From a bacterium (lineage in GTDB: Bacteria; Bacteroidota; Ignavibacteria; UBA10030), in assembly GCA_043803945.1 (NCBI GenBank), contig JAZDJN010000048.1, forward strand, positions 24,124-88,123: a stretch of 64,000 nt of DNA. Direction: 5' to 3'. Position 1 is the stretch's first letter, and each line of letters opens with the position of its first letter. The position numbers were made by a program, and so were the translations under genes. This document shows positions 8,307 to 19,084 of the stretch, in pieces. The notes under the pieces are model-generated. The model was given only the letters and a program-made list of their open reading frames with translations, had not been told where the DNA came from and ran no database searches.

Positions 8307-10643
8307 TTACTCAGAGGCGTTGGAGTTTCGTTTGAGGAGTATGATCGTTCGATCATCACTCTGCATGGCTTCACCCGCAAATGTGTCTACACTGGAAAAG
8401 ACTGTTTCGACCAGCCCGGCTGGAGAATTGTCAATTGAGCGCTGGATAATCTCCATCAATTGCTTGACCCCAAATTCCTCCATGCGTTCATTCATCGCTT
8501 CGGATATGCCATCTGAGTAAATCAGCAGCGTCGCTCCTGGAGCAAGTGCAATCTCGCCCTGTTCATAGGTGACTTCCTCCTTCATTCCCAGAGCAATTCC
8601 TCTTGTGGTGAGAATTATCGGATTTTGACCCGGTGAAAAGAGAATGGGAAGATTTTGACCGGCGTTCGCATATTGCAGGAAATGTCGTTGGGTGTCCAGA
8701 ATGCCGTAAAAGAGAGAAATGAATGTTCGTGCATCGGTGCTTCTGAAGAGAAGAGTATTGGCCCGTTCGAGGCACGGTTTCGGATCTACCTGAAAGAGCG
8801 CTTGTCCGCGAATAGTTGCCTGCAGGTTTGCCATCACCAGCGAGGCGGCGAGTCCGTTGCCGCTGACATCACCAAGGCCAAGGACGAGCCGGTGATCGTC
8901 CAGGTGCATGAAGTCGTAATAATCTCCTCCGACGTTCATCGCGGGTACGCTCTTTCCGGCAATTTCATAACCGGCAAGCGCGGGGTTGGACTTGGGAAGG
9001 AAATTCATCTGAATATTGCGCGCCATTCTCGCTTCTTCGCGCATCTGAATCCGAACCTCTTCGGCTCTTTTGTGCTCGCTGATATCGCGATAGATGGCGT
9101 ACACCCCCATCTGTGTTCCTCCATGGAGAATCGGTGCCCCAAGAATCGACACGTCGATGAGTGTACCATCCTTATGTCTCCGTTTTGAGTCCGCCTCGAC
9201 TCTCTTTCCATGAACAACCCAGTTGGAATAGAGAGCTGCTTCTTTTTTGAATTCATCCGGTGCCAAAAGCTCGTTGATTGGTTTTCCGATCGCTTCCTCG
9301 CGTGTGTAGCCGAATAACCTGACAAATTCCTCATTCACATTGATAATGCGGTCGTTCGTATCATGCAGGGCTATTGCTTCAGGGGCATTATCGAACAGCC
9401 GCTCGAAGTACGTCTTCTGAAGGCGAAGTTCCTCCTCGGCCAATTTTCTGGAGCTAATATCCCGGTAGATTGCATAATCACCGATTTGTTTTCCATCATG
9501 AAGAATCGGTGCACCAAGAATCGAGACGTCGATGAGCGTTCCGTCTTTTCGTTTCCGCTTTGAATCAAGTTCGATCCGTTCTCCCTGCAGCACCGAGGCG
9601 GATATCTGTGACGCTTCATCCTGATACTCCTTTGAAGCGACAATCTCGTTTATCGGTTTGCCAATCACTTCCTCGAGTGTATATCCAAACATCCGGACAA
9701 ATTCATCGTTGACGTTGACGATACGGTCTTCATTATCATGGAGAACGATTGCTTCGGGTGCGCTATTAAAGAGTCGCTCCAAGTACGTCTGCTGAATCCT
9801 AAGTTCTTCCTCACCCTTCTTTCGCTGAGAAATATCGCGGTAAATAGCATACACGCCTAATTGCCTGCCGTTATGGACAATGGGCGCTCCGAGAATGGAG
9901 ACCTCAACTAGCGAACCATCCTTTCTCCTTCTCGTCGATTCCGATTCGACTCTTCGGCCGTGAATAACTTCATCGGAGAGATGTTTAGCATGCCGCAAAT
10001 ACTCCGGCGGAGCAACGAGCGTGTTAATCCGTTTCCCGATGGCTTCCCCGCGTGAGTAGCCGAACATTGCGGTAAACTCGGCATTCACATCGATCACCCG
10101 ATCGTTCGTATCGTGCAGGATGATTGCCTCCGGGGCGCTGTTGAAGAGTTGTTCGAAGTAGGATTTCTGAATGAGCAGCTCTTCTTCCGCTTTCTTCCGC
10201 TTGGTGATGTCTTCGATGATCCCTGTAAAATACTCGATCTTCCCTTTGGTGTTCCTGACGGCAATGGCTGACTCAGAGATGATGATCGGTTTTTTATTCT
10301 TTTTCAGCAGTACCAGTTCCTTGCGTTCGACGAATCCTTCACGGGAAATCTGTTTGCTGAATGAAAGCCGATCTTTCGGTGAATGATAGAGGTTGGCAAT
10401 TTTTTTCGAGAAGAGTTCTTTTTTCGAACGGTACCCGAGCATCTTCATCAAGGCCGGATTGAGATCAAGAAATCTTCCATCGCGTCCGGGTGTGCTCCGG
10501 AATATACCCACGGGAATATTCTCTATGAGTATCCGGTACATCGCTTGATACTTACTAAGCGATTGTTGGATTTTTGCCAGTGAGAGCTCGTGAGTCGGTT
10601 GATTCAATTCTTTTTCAGTGAGTTGCTTTTCTTGCTTTTTCAT
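8307..10643 (-). CDS. Multi-PAS (four domains) SpoIIE/PP2C-family phosphatase
   Basis: Repeated YFEQLFNSAPEAI...VNxEF..MFGY PAS units; VGGDYYD, LGDVSG, YSDGISEA, DDRT PP2C motifs. Confidence 0.93.
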   Translation of the reverse strand: MKKQEKQLTEKELNQPTHELSLAKIQQSLSKYQAMYRILIENIPVGIFRSTPGRDGRFLDLNPALMKMLGYRSKKELFSKKIANLYHSPKDRLSFSKQISREGFVERKELVLLKKNKKPIIISESAIAVRNTKGKIEYFTGIIEDITKRKKAEEELLIQKSYFEQLFNSAPEAIILHDTNDRVIDVNAEFTAMFGYSRGEAIGKRINTLVAPPEYLRHAKHLSDEVIHGRRVESESTRRRKDGSLVEVSILGAPIVHNGRQLGVYAIYRDISQRKKGEEELRIQQTYLERLFNSAPEAIVLHDNEDRIVNVNDEFVRMFGYTLEEVIGKPINEIVASKEYQDEASQISASVLQGERIELDSKRKRKDGTLIDVSILGAPILHDGKQIGDYAIYRDISSRKLAEEELRLQKTYFERLFDNAPEAIALHDTNDRIINVNEEFVRLFGYTREEAIGKPINELLAPDEFKKEAALYSNWVVHGKRVEADSKRRHKDGTLIDVSILGAPILHGGTQMGVYAIYRDISEHKRAEEVRIQMREEARMARNIQMNFLPKSNPALAGYEIAGKSVPAMNVGGDYYDFMHLDDHRLVLGLGDVSGNGLAASLVMANLQATIRGQALFQVDPKPCLERANTLLFRSTDARTFISLFYGILDTQRHFLQYANAGQNLPILFSPGQNPIILTTRGIALGMKEEVTYEQGEIALAPGATLLIYSDGISEAMNERMEEFGVKQLMEIIQRSIDNSPAGLVETVFSSVDTFAGEAMQSDDRTIILLKRNSNASE

Positions 10644-10908
10644 TTTTGTATTTGACGAAGTATCTGTATGTCATGTTCCACTGCAAGGGCATGCATCTCG
10701 TGGGCTGAAAGGCGAAGAGCCTTCCACTGAAAGGGAACATAGCTAATCAGAGTAGAAGAATCAAATTCCTGTTAGCAGTATACCTGGAAACGCTCTTAAA
10801 AAGAGATAGCGCCTCTCCAGTGGCGTTCTGAATCAGGGGAATAAACACAGTGACTCTCGCAGAAGATGTCTGTATATTATGCAAGTCCGAGAATGAGTAC
10901 TGCAACCC

Positions 10909-11697
10909 ATGGCACAGAATTTTTCTCTCTCCAAATGGTATCTTGATTGTATTACCCCTTCAGGTGAGACGTGGATTGGCTACGCCGCGCAGTTGCACTG
11001 GCGAGCATTCTCACTCTCCTATTCATCGATGCTGCATTGCACACCCGCGGGTCACATTGCCGAACGGACGTCGATACGGAATATCCAGATGCCTTCATTT
11101 GAAAACGATCTGCTCCTCTGGGCACCAAGGATGTTGAAGATCGAAGGATCCTGGCGTTCCGATGCAAAGCCGGTTGAGCGAGTATTGTACCAGACTGAGG
11201 AAGGCGTACTGCGTTGGTCGTGCTTGATGCCAAGAGCAAATTGCATTCTGCGTTTGCCAGACCATCTGATTCGAGGTTACGGCTATGTTGAACTGCTCCA
11301 TCTCACAATTCCACCCTGGACGCTCCCGATCGAAACTCTGCGCTGGGGACGATTTCTTTCTGAGACCGATGGACTTGTGTGGATCGAATGGCAAGGGGCT
11401 GAACCGAAGAAGATCCTTCTCTACAATGGAGAAGAGGTACACGATGCCAGCATTGGCGACACTGAAATCACCTATGCAGACGGCAGGTCGGTTCTCCATC
11501 TCCTCGATCCACTCGTTCTACGGAAGGGGAGACTCATTTCCACAGCCCTGAAGAAAATTCCTGGGATCAAATCCATAGTCCCCGCTAAAATTCTGGAAAC
11601 CTACGAATGTAAATGGCGAAGCCGTGGAAGACTGCAGCACTTACCGATTACCACTTCGGAGGGATGGGCAATTCATGAGATCGTGAGGTTCAAATGA
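10909..11697 (+). CDS. Hypothetical Trp-rich protein (possible AttH/lipocalin-like fold), coupled to the Lgt fusion
   Basis: 262-aa ORF, KWYLDC..G...IGY start, GYGYVE, LRWGRF; ATGA overlap with next gene; fold is an inference. Confidence 0.7.
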   Translation: MAQNFSLSKWYLDCITPSGETWIGYAAQLHWRAFSLSYSSMLHCTPAGHIAERTSIRNIQMPSFENDLLLWAPRMLKIEGSWRSDAKPVERVLYQTEEGVLRWSCLMPRANCILRLPDHLIRGYGYVELLHLTIPPWTLPIETLRWGRFLSETDGLVWIEWQGAEPKKILLYNGEEVHDASIGDTEITYADGRSVLHLLDPLVLRKGRLISTALKKIPGIKSIVPAKILETYECKWRSRGRLQHLPITTSEGWAIHEIVRFK

Positions 11698-13628
11698 GTG
11701 ATCGGATTTCGCGTGTGCTAGGGAAAATCGTTTATGGACTATCCTTCATAGTACTCTTACCTCTCTTCCTTGTGCGTTGGGCTGACCTTACAGAGTCTCT
11801 CATCAATCTCCCCGTTCCAGGTTCACCCATCGTGGGAATGGAGATATCGATGTTCGGCGCAGTGGTCATGCTTGCAGGCTTGATGACGTTAATGGTGTAC
11901 GGAAATGGCCTTCCCATGAATGCGTATCCGCCAAAGCTCTTTGTGACTCAAGGGATCTATAAATTTCTTGCTCACCCCATCTATTTCGGCTTTTCGTTGT
12001 TATCTCTTGGTGTTTCGATATGGACAGGATCGGCGAGCGGCTTCTGGCTCATCACACCCTGTGTTATTCTCGGATGTGTAACCTTGGTAGCAGGGTATGA
12101 GAAGCATGATTTGCAGGAACGTTTCGGAGTGTCTCTGCAAAAACCGCTGATTGCTCTTCCGGCAGATGAGAACCGGAAACCGACAATCGCAGAGCGTTGC
12201 TCGGTCTATGGAATGATTCTCCTTCCATGGATTCTTCTTGCTGCCGCTCTGGGGCGGACCGGAATTCCCAACGATACACTGTTGACTGATTTTTCTTTTG
12301 AGCAACATCTGCCCGTGATACCATTCACAATGGTCATGTCGGGAAGCACACTTCTCGTTGCACTTCTGATACCCCTCATAGCACGTTCCGCGCGATCGCT
12401 GCGTGAATTTTCCTTTCAAGGGTTAATCACAATTTGTTTCATGATTCTGTCTGTTATTGCAATTCCGCTCGTAAGCGTTGTACGATTCAATTCGATAGAA
12501 ACTGTTAGTCGTTTCCAGTTACCATTCGAGTGGTTACCACAGTCGATCATGATTCGGTTCCCCTCTTTCTGTATTATCTGGATGCTTCTTGGGGCAGCGT
12601 ATGTATCACATGAGTTCCCACGATTCCGTGCAATCTCCTGGTTATGGGGTCTTGTCGTTCTCTTGAGTTGTCTGTTCTCAGGAAGGCACTCGCTGATCAA
12701 CCTTGTTGGAGGCCTGGTAATCGGATTGGCCATACTCCGAATAAAAACAGCCTGGGCTTTTCTCCGCAAGAGCACCGAACGAATCGCTAACTCATGGAGA
12801 GAGTGGCACTTCGGTAGTGTCCGTATTATTAATCATGGTGTATATGCCGGTGTGGGTGTTGTCCAGGGATTATTGATGATTGGACTCTTGCTCGGGCCTG
12901 GCGTCATTCTGCCGATGCTGGTGATCACAAGTTCGTCTCTTGTAATGGCGGCACTCTGGGCACAGGTGATTGAAGGATCTCCAATCCTTCTGCGCCCCTA
13001 CGGATTCTACGGAGGAGTGCTCGGTGTCGTTCTTGGCTCGATCGTCGCTCAATTTTTCGGGATGGACATTGTGCTGCTGCTGGCAGGCTTCAGCGTTGCC
13101 GGGCCATGGGTTCAAGCATGGGGGCGCGTCCGATGCCTGGTGCAGGGCTGTTGTCATGGCAGCGAGGCGCCTGCCGCAGTGGGAATCCGTTATACCCATC
13201 CGCGAACGCGTGTGTGCCGGTTATCAGGATTAAGCAATATCCCCATACATCCAACTCCATTGTACTCGATTCTGTGGAATTGTGTTACGGGAGTAATGCT
13301 GATCCGGCTCTGGTCCCTCAGTCTCCCGCCAACATTTATCTGCGGCACCTATCTTCTCCTGAATGGCCTCGGAAGGTTTGTTGAAGAATCGTACCGGGGC
13401 GAACCACAGACTCCGATCTTCGGCAAACTCCGGCTTTATCAATTGATAGCCCTCCTCAGCATCATTGCCGGTGCGGTTATGACCACAATCCAAACCGAGG
13501 TACAACTACCAAGGCCGCAATTTGATTGGATGATTATTCCGGCAGCCCTGGGATTCGGCTTGATTACCTGGTTTGCCCTTGGAGTTGATTTCCCAAACTC
13601 AAATAAACGTTTCTCCCGCCTCGTCTAA
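11694..13628 (+). CDS. Membrane fusion protein: PEMT/ICMT-like methyltransferase + PAP2-like segment + Lgt-family domain
   Basis: GNGLPMNAYPP..FVTQGIYKFLAHPIYFG; RFPSF..H-like PAP2 segment; YGFYGG, GRVRCLVQGCCHG, HPTPLY, RFVEE.YRGE. Confidence 0.8.
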   Translation: MSDRISRVLGKIVYGLSFIVLLPLFLVRWADLTESLINLPVPGSPIVGMEISMFGAVVMLAGLMTLMVYGNGLPMNAYPPKLFVTQGIYKFLAHPIYFGFSLLSLGVSIWTGSASGFWLITPCVILGCVTLVAGYEKHDLQERFGVSLQKPLIALPADENRKPTIAERCSVYGMILLPWILLAAALGRTGIPNDTLLTDFSFEQHLPVIPFTMVMSGSTLLVALLIPLIARSARSLREFSFQGLITICFMILSVIAIPLVSVVRFNSIETVSRFQLPFEWLPQSIMIRFPSFCIIWMLLGAAYVSHEFPRFRAISWLWGLVVLLSCLFSGRHSLINLVGGLVIGLAILRIKTAWAFLRKSTERIANSWREWHFGSVRIINHGVYAGVGVVQGLLMIGLLLGPGVILPMLVITSSSLVMAALWAQVIEGSPILLRPYGFYGGVLGVVLGSIVAQFFGMDIVLLLAGFSVAGPWVQAWGRVRCLVQGCCHGSEAPAAVGIRYTHPRTRVCRLSGLSNIPIHPTPLYSILWNCVTGVMLIRLWSLSLPPTFICGTYLLLNGLGRFVEESYRGEPQTPIFGKLRLYQLIALLSIIAGAVMTTIQTEVQLPRPQFDWMIIPAALGFGLITWFALGVDFPNSNKRFSRLV

Positions 13629-13684
13629 TTCCAGAGATTCAACGAGTGAAGTTGCTACGCTCCTTATTCTTCTTGGCGAGCTGG

Positions 13685-16234
13685 CTACATCATTCCCTGC
13701 GGATCGACATCAGTGATCATCTGAATTTTTCTATTCGAGGTAAGTGCCGAGTGTGCGTACTGGTCTTGAGCTTTAAGGAGCGCTGCGCGAAAAACTGCCC
13801 CCGTTGGGTCGGCCTGCTTCAGGTTCTTGATGATGATGTGCTTCCGGAATTGATTTTTGACCTTGGAGATTGCGGCATCAGCCGGTCCGAGAATGAGAAA
13901 ATGCTTTCCGGTGCTCTGTTGTGTTAGAAATTCCGCAAACTTTACGGCATGGTGTTGAACCTCGTTCTCTCGCTCTCCCTTGAACTCTATCAGGATGATG
14001 CGGGAGAAGGGAGGATAATCGAGCTCGCGGCGGAATTCCAATTCCTCGCGATAGAATCCCCGAAAATCATGAATAAGGACATGTTTAAGACTATAGTGAT
14101 CCGGTTGGTAGGTTTGGATGACAACTTCACCCTCCAGGGTGCTCCGCCCGGCACGTCCGGCAACTTGCGTGAGCAGTTGAAATGTGCGTTCGGATGATCG
14201 GAAATCGGGAAGCATCATTTGTGTGTCGGCCGATATCACACCGACGAGCGTTACGCGGGGAAAATCCAGTCCTTTAGCGACCATCTGGGTGCCGAGGAGG
14301 ATATCGGCTTTGCCATTGCCAAATTGGCTGAGGAGTTGATCGTGAGCCCCTTTGTGCGTGGTAGTGTCGCGGTCCATTCGCAGAATCACCAATGCGGGAA
14401 AAAGCTCCTGAAGTTCCTCCTGGACCTGTTGAGTACCGAAGGAATGAAATCGCAATTCAACGCTATGACAGATCGGGCATGTCGTCGGCGGTTTTTTTAC
14501 AAAACCGCAATAGTGGCACCGGAGATGCTTCTTCACGGAATGGAAGGTTAGTGTTACTTCGCAGTTATCGCATTTCTCCACATAGCCGCATGCGAAGCAT
14601 TCCATGAAATGCGAGAAGCCGCGACGGTTCTGAAGGAGAATAACACCCTCATGCTTCTCGATCCGTTCGGTAATTTCGGCCCGGAGGACTTTCGAAAGCG
14701 AAGAAACCGGAAATTGTTTCGGGTACGGTTGAGCGCTCTCCTTCAATTCTTTCCGTTTCTCAGCCAGCATCTGCTTACGCTCTTTCACCATGTCGACGAT
14801 TTCGATTTTCGGGAGTTTGGCCTGATCGATACGAACAGGAAGTTCCAGCACCTCATATTTTCCGTTCAGAGCGTTGTAATAACTTTCGGTGGAAGGCGTC
14901 GCCGATCCCAGGATGACAACGGCATTGCTCAGTGTTGCCCGTACAATCGCAACATCGCGGGCGTTGTAACGCGGTTGTGCGTCGAATTGTTTGTACGAAG
15001 CTTCATGCTCCTCGTCAACCACAATCAATCCAATGTTGGCGAGCGGTGCGAAAATTGCCGAGCGGGGCCCGATCACAATTTTTACCCGACCTTCATGCGC
15101 AAGGCGCCATGCGTCAAACCGTTCTCCCGTTGACATCTGGCTATGCATCACCGTTACATCATTGCTGAAATGTGACTTGAATCGACGTACTGTTTGCGGT
15201 GTGAGGGAGATTTCAGGAACCAGCACGATGGCTGTTTTCCCTTTCTCGATAACTTTGCGAATTGCATCAATGTAGACTTGCGTTTTCCCGCTGCCCGTGA
15301 TGCCGTGGAGAAGGAATGTCTTATAATGCATCGAGTCAATTGCAGTGGAAATCTGCTGCAATGCGTTCAACTGGTCACTATTCAATTCAAAAAGAGGTGG
15401 TGGTTCAACGGGTTGGTGCTCACCGGAGCGTACGACCTCCTGTTGGGTGATAACGAGAAGCATCTTCGATTCGAGCACTCGAATTGTCGAGGCCGAGGTG
15501 TGCAGTTTCTTCAGCAAAGGTTCCAACGGCTGGGGAGTCGGTGCGGACAAAAGCTCGGTGAGAATGGCTCGTTGCTTTTCCATCAGCCGGGTGGAGTTGC
15601 CTTCTTCACTATTCTGCGCAGAACTTATCCACTCCTTTCCAAGCTCAGTCAGGCTGATACTTTTTACATGCTTGATCCGTATCGCAGGCCGGGCAAGTGC
15701 TTCTGCTTCTCCGATCCATCCCTGCGATTGCATGGCATGAAGCATCGCCGTGATACTTTTTACACCAATTTTTTTCTGCAATTGCAGTGTCGATAAGGGA
15801 CCCTGGTCTTGCAATGCGAGAAGAATTGCGTGCTGTTTTCGTGCATGCCCTTTGGTTGCCTGGAGTGCTTCCTCTAGTTTATCATCAACAAGACGAATGA
15901 TCCGTTTGCTCTCCCGGCCCACACCCTGCGGTGTAGCTGCCTTCAGTACTTCTCCCCATGATGAGAGATAGTATTCCGCAATCCATTTCGTGAGTTTCAG
16001 CATTTCGCCAGAAAAGGAGGGGGAGGTATCGAGAAGATCGGTGATGGGTTTGAGGGATTTTATGGTGCTCTGCTCGGGAAATCCGACAACAACGCCGGTT
16101 AGTTTTTTATGTTGAAAGGGTACGATAACCCGTGAACCGAGTCGAATCTGATCCTGAAGATCAGGAGGAACAAGATACGTAAAGATCCTATCGAGAGGTA
16201 CTGGAAGTGCGATATCGGCTAATGATGGTGCCAT
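13685..16234 (-). CDS. priA: Primosomal protein N'
   Basis: GITGSGKT, VPEISLTPQ, DEEH, four CxxC pairs, GTQMVAKGLDFP, QVAGRAGR. Confidence 0.97.
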   Translation of the reverse strand: MAPSLADIALPVPLDRIFTYLVPPDLQDQIRLGSRVIVPFQHKKLTGVVVGFPEQSTIKSLKPITDLLDTSPSFSGEMLKLTKWIAEYYLSSWGEVLKAATPQGVGRESKRIIRLVDDKLEEALQATKGHARKQHAILLALQDQGPLSTLQLQKKIGVKSITAMLHAMQSQGWIGEAEALARPAIRIKHVKSISLTELGKEWISSAQNSEEGNSTRLMEKQRAILTELLSAPTPQPLEPLLKKLHTSASTIRVLESKMLLVITQQEVVRSGEHQPVEPPPLFELNSDQLNALQQISTAIDSMHYKTFLLHGITGSGKTQVYIDAIRKVIEKGKTAIVLVPEISLTPQTVRRFKSHFSNDVTVMHSQMSTGERFDAWRLAHEGRVKIVIGPRSAIFAPLANIGLIVVDEEHEASYKQFDAQPRYNARDVAIVRATLSNAVVILGSATPSTESYYNALNGKYEVLELPVRIDQAKLPKIEIVDMVKERKQMLAEKRKELKESAQPYPKQFPVSSLSKVLRAEITERIEKHEGVILLQNRRGFSHFMECFACGYVEKCDNCEVTLTFHSVKKHLRCHYCGFVKKPPTTCPICHSVELRFHSFGTQQVQEELQELFPALVILRMDRDTTTHKGAHDQLLSQFGNGKADILLGTQMVAKGLDFPRVTLVGVISADTQMMLPDFRSSERTFQLLTQVAGRAGRSTLEGEVVIQTYQPDHYSLKHVLIHDFRGFYREELEFRRELDYPPFSRIILIEFKGERENEVQHHAVKFAEFLTQQSTGKHFLILGPADAAISKVKNQFRKHIIIKNLKQADPTGAVFRAALLKAQDQYAHSALTSNRKIQMITDVDPQGMM

Positions 16235-16281
16235 GGCATCCTGCTCTCCAGGTCAGCGAGAGATGGTTGATTCTTCGTAAG

Positions 16282-17445
16282 CTATCCGATTTCCCGTTCA
16301 AGAATTTTGTACACTTCGAGGAGCGGCAATTTCTTTTCCGATGCAATGCGTTTGCATTCTTCAAACTCAGGGACAAGCGATTCCCTTCCGTTTCGAACAA
16401 TCGATTTAACGTTCACGGTGCCGAATGAGGTCGTGACGGTTTTCTCCCCCCGTTTCAGTTTTCGCCGTTCCAGCGTGTGAATCCGAACCCCGAGTGTTGA
16501 TGTCTCATTGAGGATGATCTTCACCACCGGATCGAGTTTTGACCGCTCCACCAGCGTTGTCAGCAGTATACCAGGACGGCTCTTCTTCATGAGAACCTGT
16601 GTCATGAAAACATCCAATGCTCCGGCGGCGAAGAGTTGTTCCGCAATCACTGGCAGAATTTCTGGATTCATGTCGTCGATATTTGTCTCGATGCTGTGAA
16701 CCTCGTCATACTCAGAAGGGAGGTGGAGTTCTCCGATCATTACACGAAGAAGATTGGGAACTTCGGCAATCTCTCTTGTTCCTGCACCATACCCTATCGC
16801 TTCGATACGAAGTTGTTCGGTTGAAAGTGTACCCTTCGATAACGCCTTCACGATCGCTGCACCGGTTGGCGTGGTTAGTTCATGCGGGATCGTGGTTAGT
16901 ATCGTTGGATATCCTTTAAGAATTTCCAGTGTGGCTGGTGTTGGAATCGGCATCGTTCCATGTTGAGTCTGGATAACACCGCCATGGCCGAGTTTCACTG
17001 GAGACGAGTAGACCTGCTCAACACCAAAATACTCGAGGCAGATTGCGGTGCCGATGATGTCGACGATAGAGTCGATGGCACCCACTTCGTGAAAATGTAC
17101 TTTCTCAATAGTTGAGTTATGGACTTTTGCCTCAGCGACTGCCACCTCCGCGAATATCGCTTTTGCATCGCGTTTGACTCTTTCGCTCAGCGTGCTGTTA
17201 TCGATAATCGCGTTAATATCTTTGAGATGGCGGTGATACTTTGACTGTTCGCTGATCACAACATTGAGTGCAGTGGCCGTAATCCCACTCCGCACATGAT
17301 GCCGAGCCTCAACTTCGAATCCGGAGAGCGATAATTTTCTGAGCTCTTCAATAAGCCGGTCGATGCTCAATCCAGCACTCACAAATGCAGCGAGGGTCAT
17401 ATCCCCGCTGATTCCACTGATGGTGTCTAAGTAGGCAATTTTCAT
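16282..17445 (-). CDS. larC: Nickel pincer cofactor biosynthesis protein LarC
   Basis: GISGDM, VHFHEVGAIDSIVD, ELTTPTGAA, ETNIDD, MKKSRPG. Confidence 0.95.
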   Translation of the reverse strand: MKIAYLDTISGISGDMTLAAFVSAGLSIDRLIEELRKLSLSGFEVEARHHVRSGITATALNVVISEQSKYHRHLKDINAIIDNSTLSERVKRDAKAIFAEVAVAEAKVHNSTIEKVHFHEVGAIDSIVDIIGTAICLEYFGVEQVYSSPVKLGHGGVIQTQHGTMPIPTPATLEILKGYPTILTTIPHELTTPTGAAIVKALSKGTLSTEQLRIEAIGYGAGTREIAEVPNLLRVMIGELHLPSEYDEVHSIETNIDDMNPEILPVIAEQLFAAGALDVFMTQVLMKKSRPGILLTTLVERSKLDPVVKIILNETSTLGVRIHTLERRKLKRGEKTVTTSFGTVNVKSIVRNGRESLVPEFEECKRIASEKKLPLLEVYKILEREIG

Positions 17446-17520
17446 CTCAACTCAGTCTTTCGTGTGTTCATCCAACGGTACCGATCATCCTATCGCTGTG
17501 GACGATCTCAGACTTTCAAC

Positions 17521-18807
17521 TCACAGGGTAACATAATGCGCGAGCTTTGCAATAAATTTCTCTGTCGCACCAACACTTTGTTCAACCAGTTGTAAGCATT
17601 CCTGCCCGGCTCGCTTCCTCGATTCGGCATCGCTGAAAAGTCTTTCAAGCTGCCTGGAGCATTCCTCCACTGAGGTCACCAGGCTGGCACCTCCGCGCTG
17701 GAGAAGAATCTTTGCTTCGTGAGAATTTTCATGTTTTGGCCCATACAGCAGCGGGATTCCATACACTGCCGGCTCGAGCACATTATGAATGCCTTGTTTA
17801 AAGCTGCCGCCGACATAGGCTACAATGCCATATTGATAGAGCCCCATTAAGATGCCGATGCTATCTACAAGAATAACATTTTCATTCGAATAATCGTTCA
17901 GGCAGGAGAATCGGATTGACCTCAGTTGGTGCGCTTCAAGCGTTGTCTCAAGCCGTTCAAGTGTGGAGAGCGTCGGTTCATGCGGTACAAGAATCATGAT
18001 CGCATGAGGATCCTTGTTGGCAAGCCTGCTATACGCCGGAATGAGTATTGTTTCGTCCTCCTCCCAGCTGCTCCCGACTATAAAAACTTCTTTTTGGTTC
18101 AGAAGAGATTCGGGGATGAGATGTTTTGTCCGTGCCTCTTCCCGCCGCCGCACAACCTGATCGTAACGGGTCTCCCCGATTGTCTCAACTTCTGTGTTCG
18201 GAAGGTTCAGCTGCTTGTAGGCTGCATAGTCTGAAGCGGAGACAGTGAGAATTGCTTTCACTGGAGCATACAGGTAATGATGGAAATTTCGTATCACGGG
18301 AAGCAGTCGGGAAGAATTTGCCCTCATCGCTCCATTGGCAATAAGAATGGGGATCTTCCGGCGCTCAAGCTCCCAGATATGGTTTGGCCAAAGATCGTAC
18401 CGGATCATAATGGCGACCGAAGGGGAGAGAACATCGAGGAATTGACGGGCATTTGAAACGGAATCGAACGGGAGGTACGTAATAAGTGATACCGTCTTGA
18501 TATTCTTTGAATGTTCATAGCCCGAGGGTGAAAAAAAACTCACGATGATATCGACTTTGGGGTGCCGTTGTTTAAGTGCGGTAATAATCGGTTTTGCCTG
18601 CTCGAATTCTCCGAGCGAGGAGACATGGACCCACACCCTTGCTGCCTTACCCAGATTGGCTGCATTTTTCCTCAAATCCTCAAAGAGCGATTTACGAACC
18701 TCTAACCCCTTCCGGATTTTAGGATTGAAGATGGAAAGGATTCGAAGCAGACTCCAGAAAATTGGGAGAACGATGATATTATAAATGAGAATCCAGATTG
18801 CCTTCAT
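17521..18807 (-). CDS. waaA: Kdo transferase
   Basis: WVHVSSLGEFEQ, FFSPSGY, YLPFD, AYVGGSF, HNVLEPA. Confidence 0.93.
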   Translation of the reverse strand: MKAIWILIYNIIVLPIFWSLLRILSIFNPKIRKGLEVRKSLFEDLRKNAANLGKAARVWVHVSSLGEFEQAKPIITALKQRHPKVDIIVSFFSPSGYEHSKNIKTVSLITYLPFDSVSNARQFLDVLSPSVAIMIRYDLWPNHIWELERRKIPILIANGAMRANSSRLLPVIRNFHHYLYAPVKAILTVSASDYAAYKQLNLPNTEVETIGETRYDQVVRRREEARTKHLIPESLLNQKEVFIVGSSWEEDETILIPAYSRLANKDPHAIMILVPHEPTLSTLERLETTLEAHQLRSIRFSCLNDYSNENVILVDSIGILMGLYQYGIVAYVGGSFKQGIHNVLEPAVYGIPLLYGPKHENSHEAKILLQRGGASLVTSVEECSRQLERLFSDAESRKRAGQECLQLVEQSVGATEKFIAKLAHYVTL

Positions 18808-19055
18808 TAAGCTGTTTCTTTATCGGTTGCCGAATGGCATAGGAAATTGTCCAGTGTCTCTGTCAATTACGATCCAACCTGTGAGATAATTAGGTCATTC
18901 TCGAGAGCCTATTGAGGTTTCTGCTGTTCCATTGATGAGACGTGTCAATCCGTACAATGAAAAAATGGCAGTCTACAGTTTGATTTCGTCATCGTGAGAG
19001 AAAGCGTGAGAATTGTAGAGAGTTTTTCACGGAAAAGCAAGAAAGCGGACATTTC

Positions 19056-19084
19056 TTGACTAAGTGACTGAATCTTACTATTAT
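19056..19084 (+). promoter_or_regulatory. Putative sigma70-type promoter with a long (~180 nt) leader
   Basis: TTGACT-N17-TATTAT. Confidence 0.55.
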
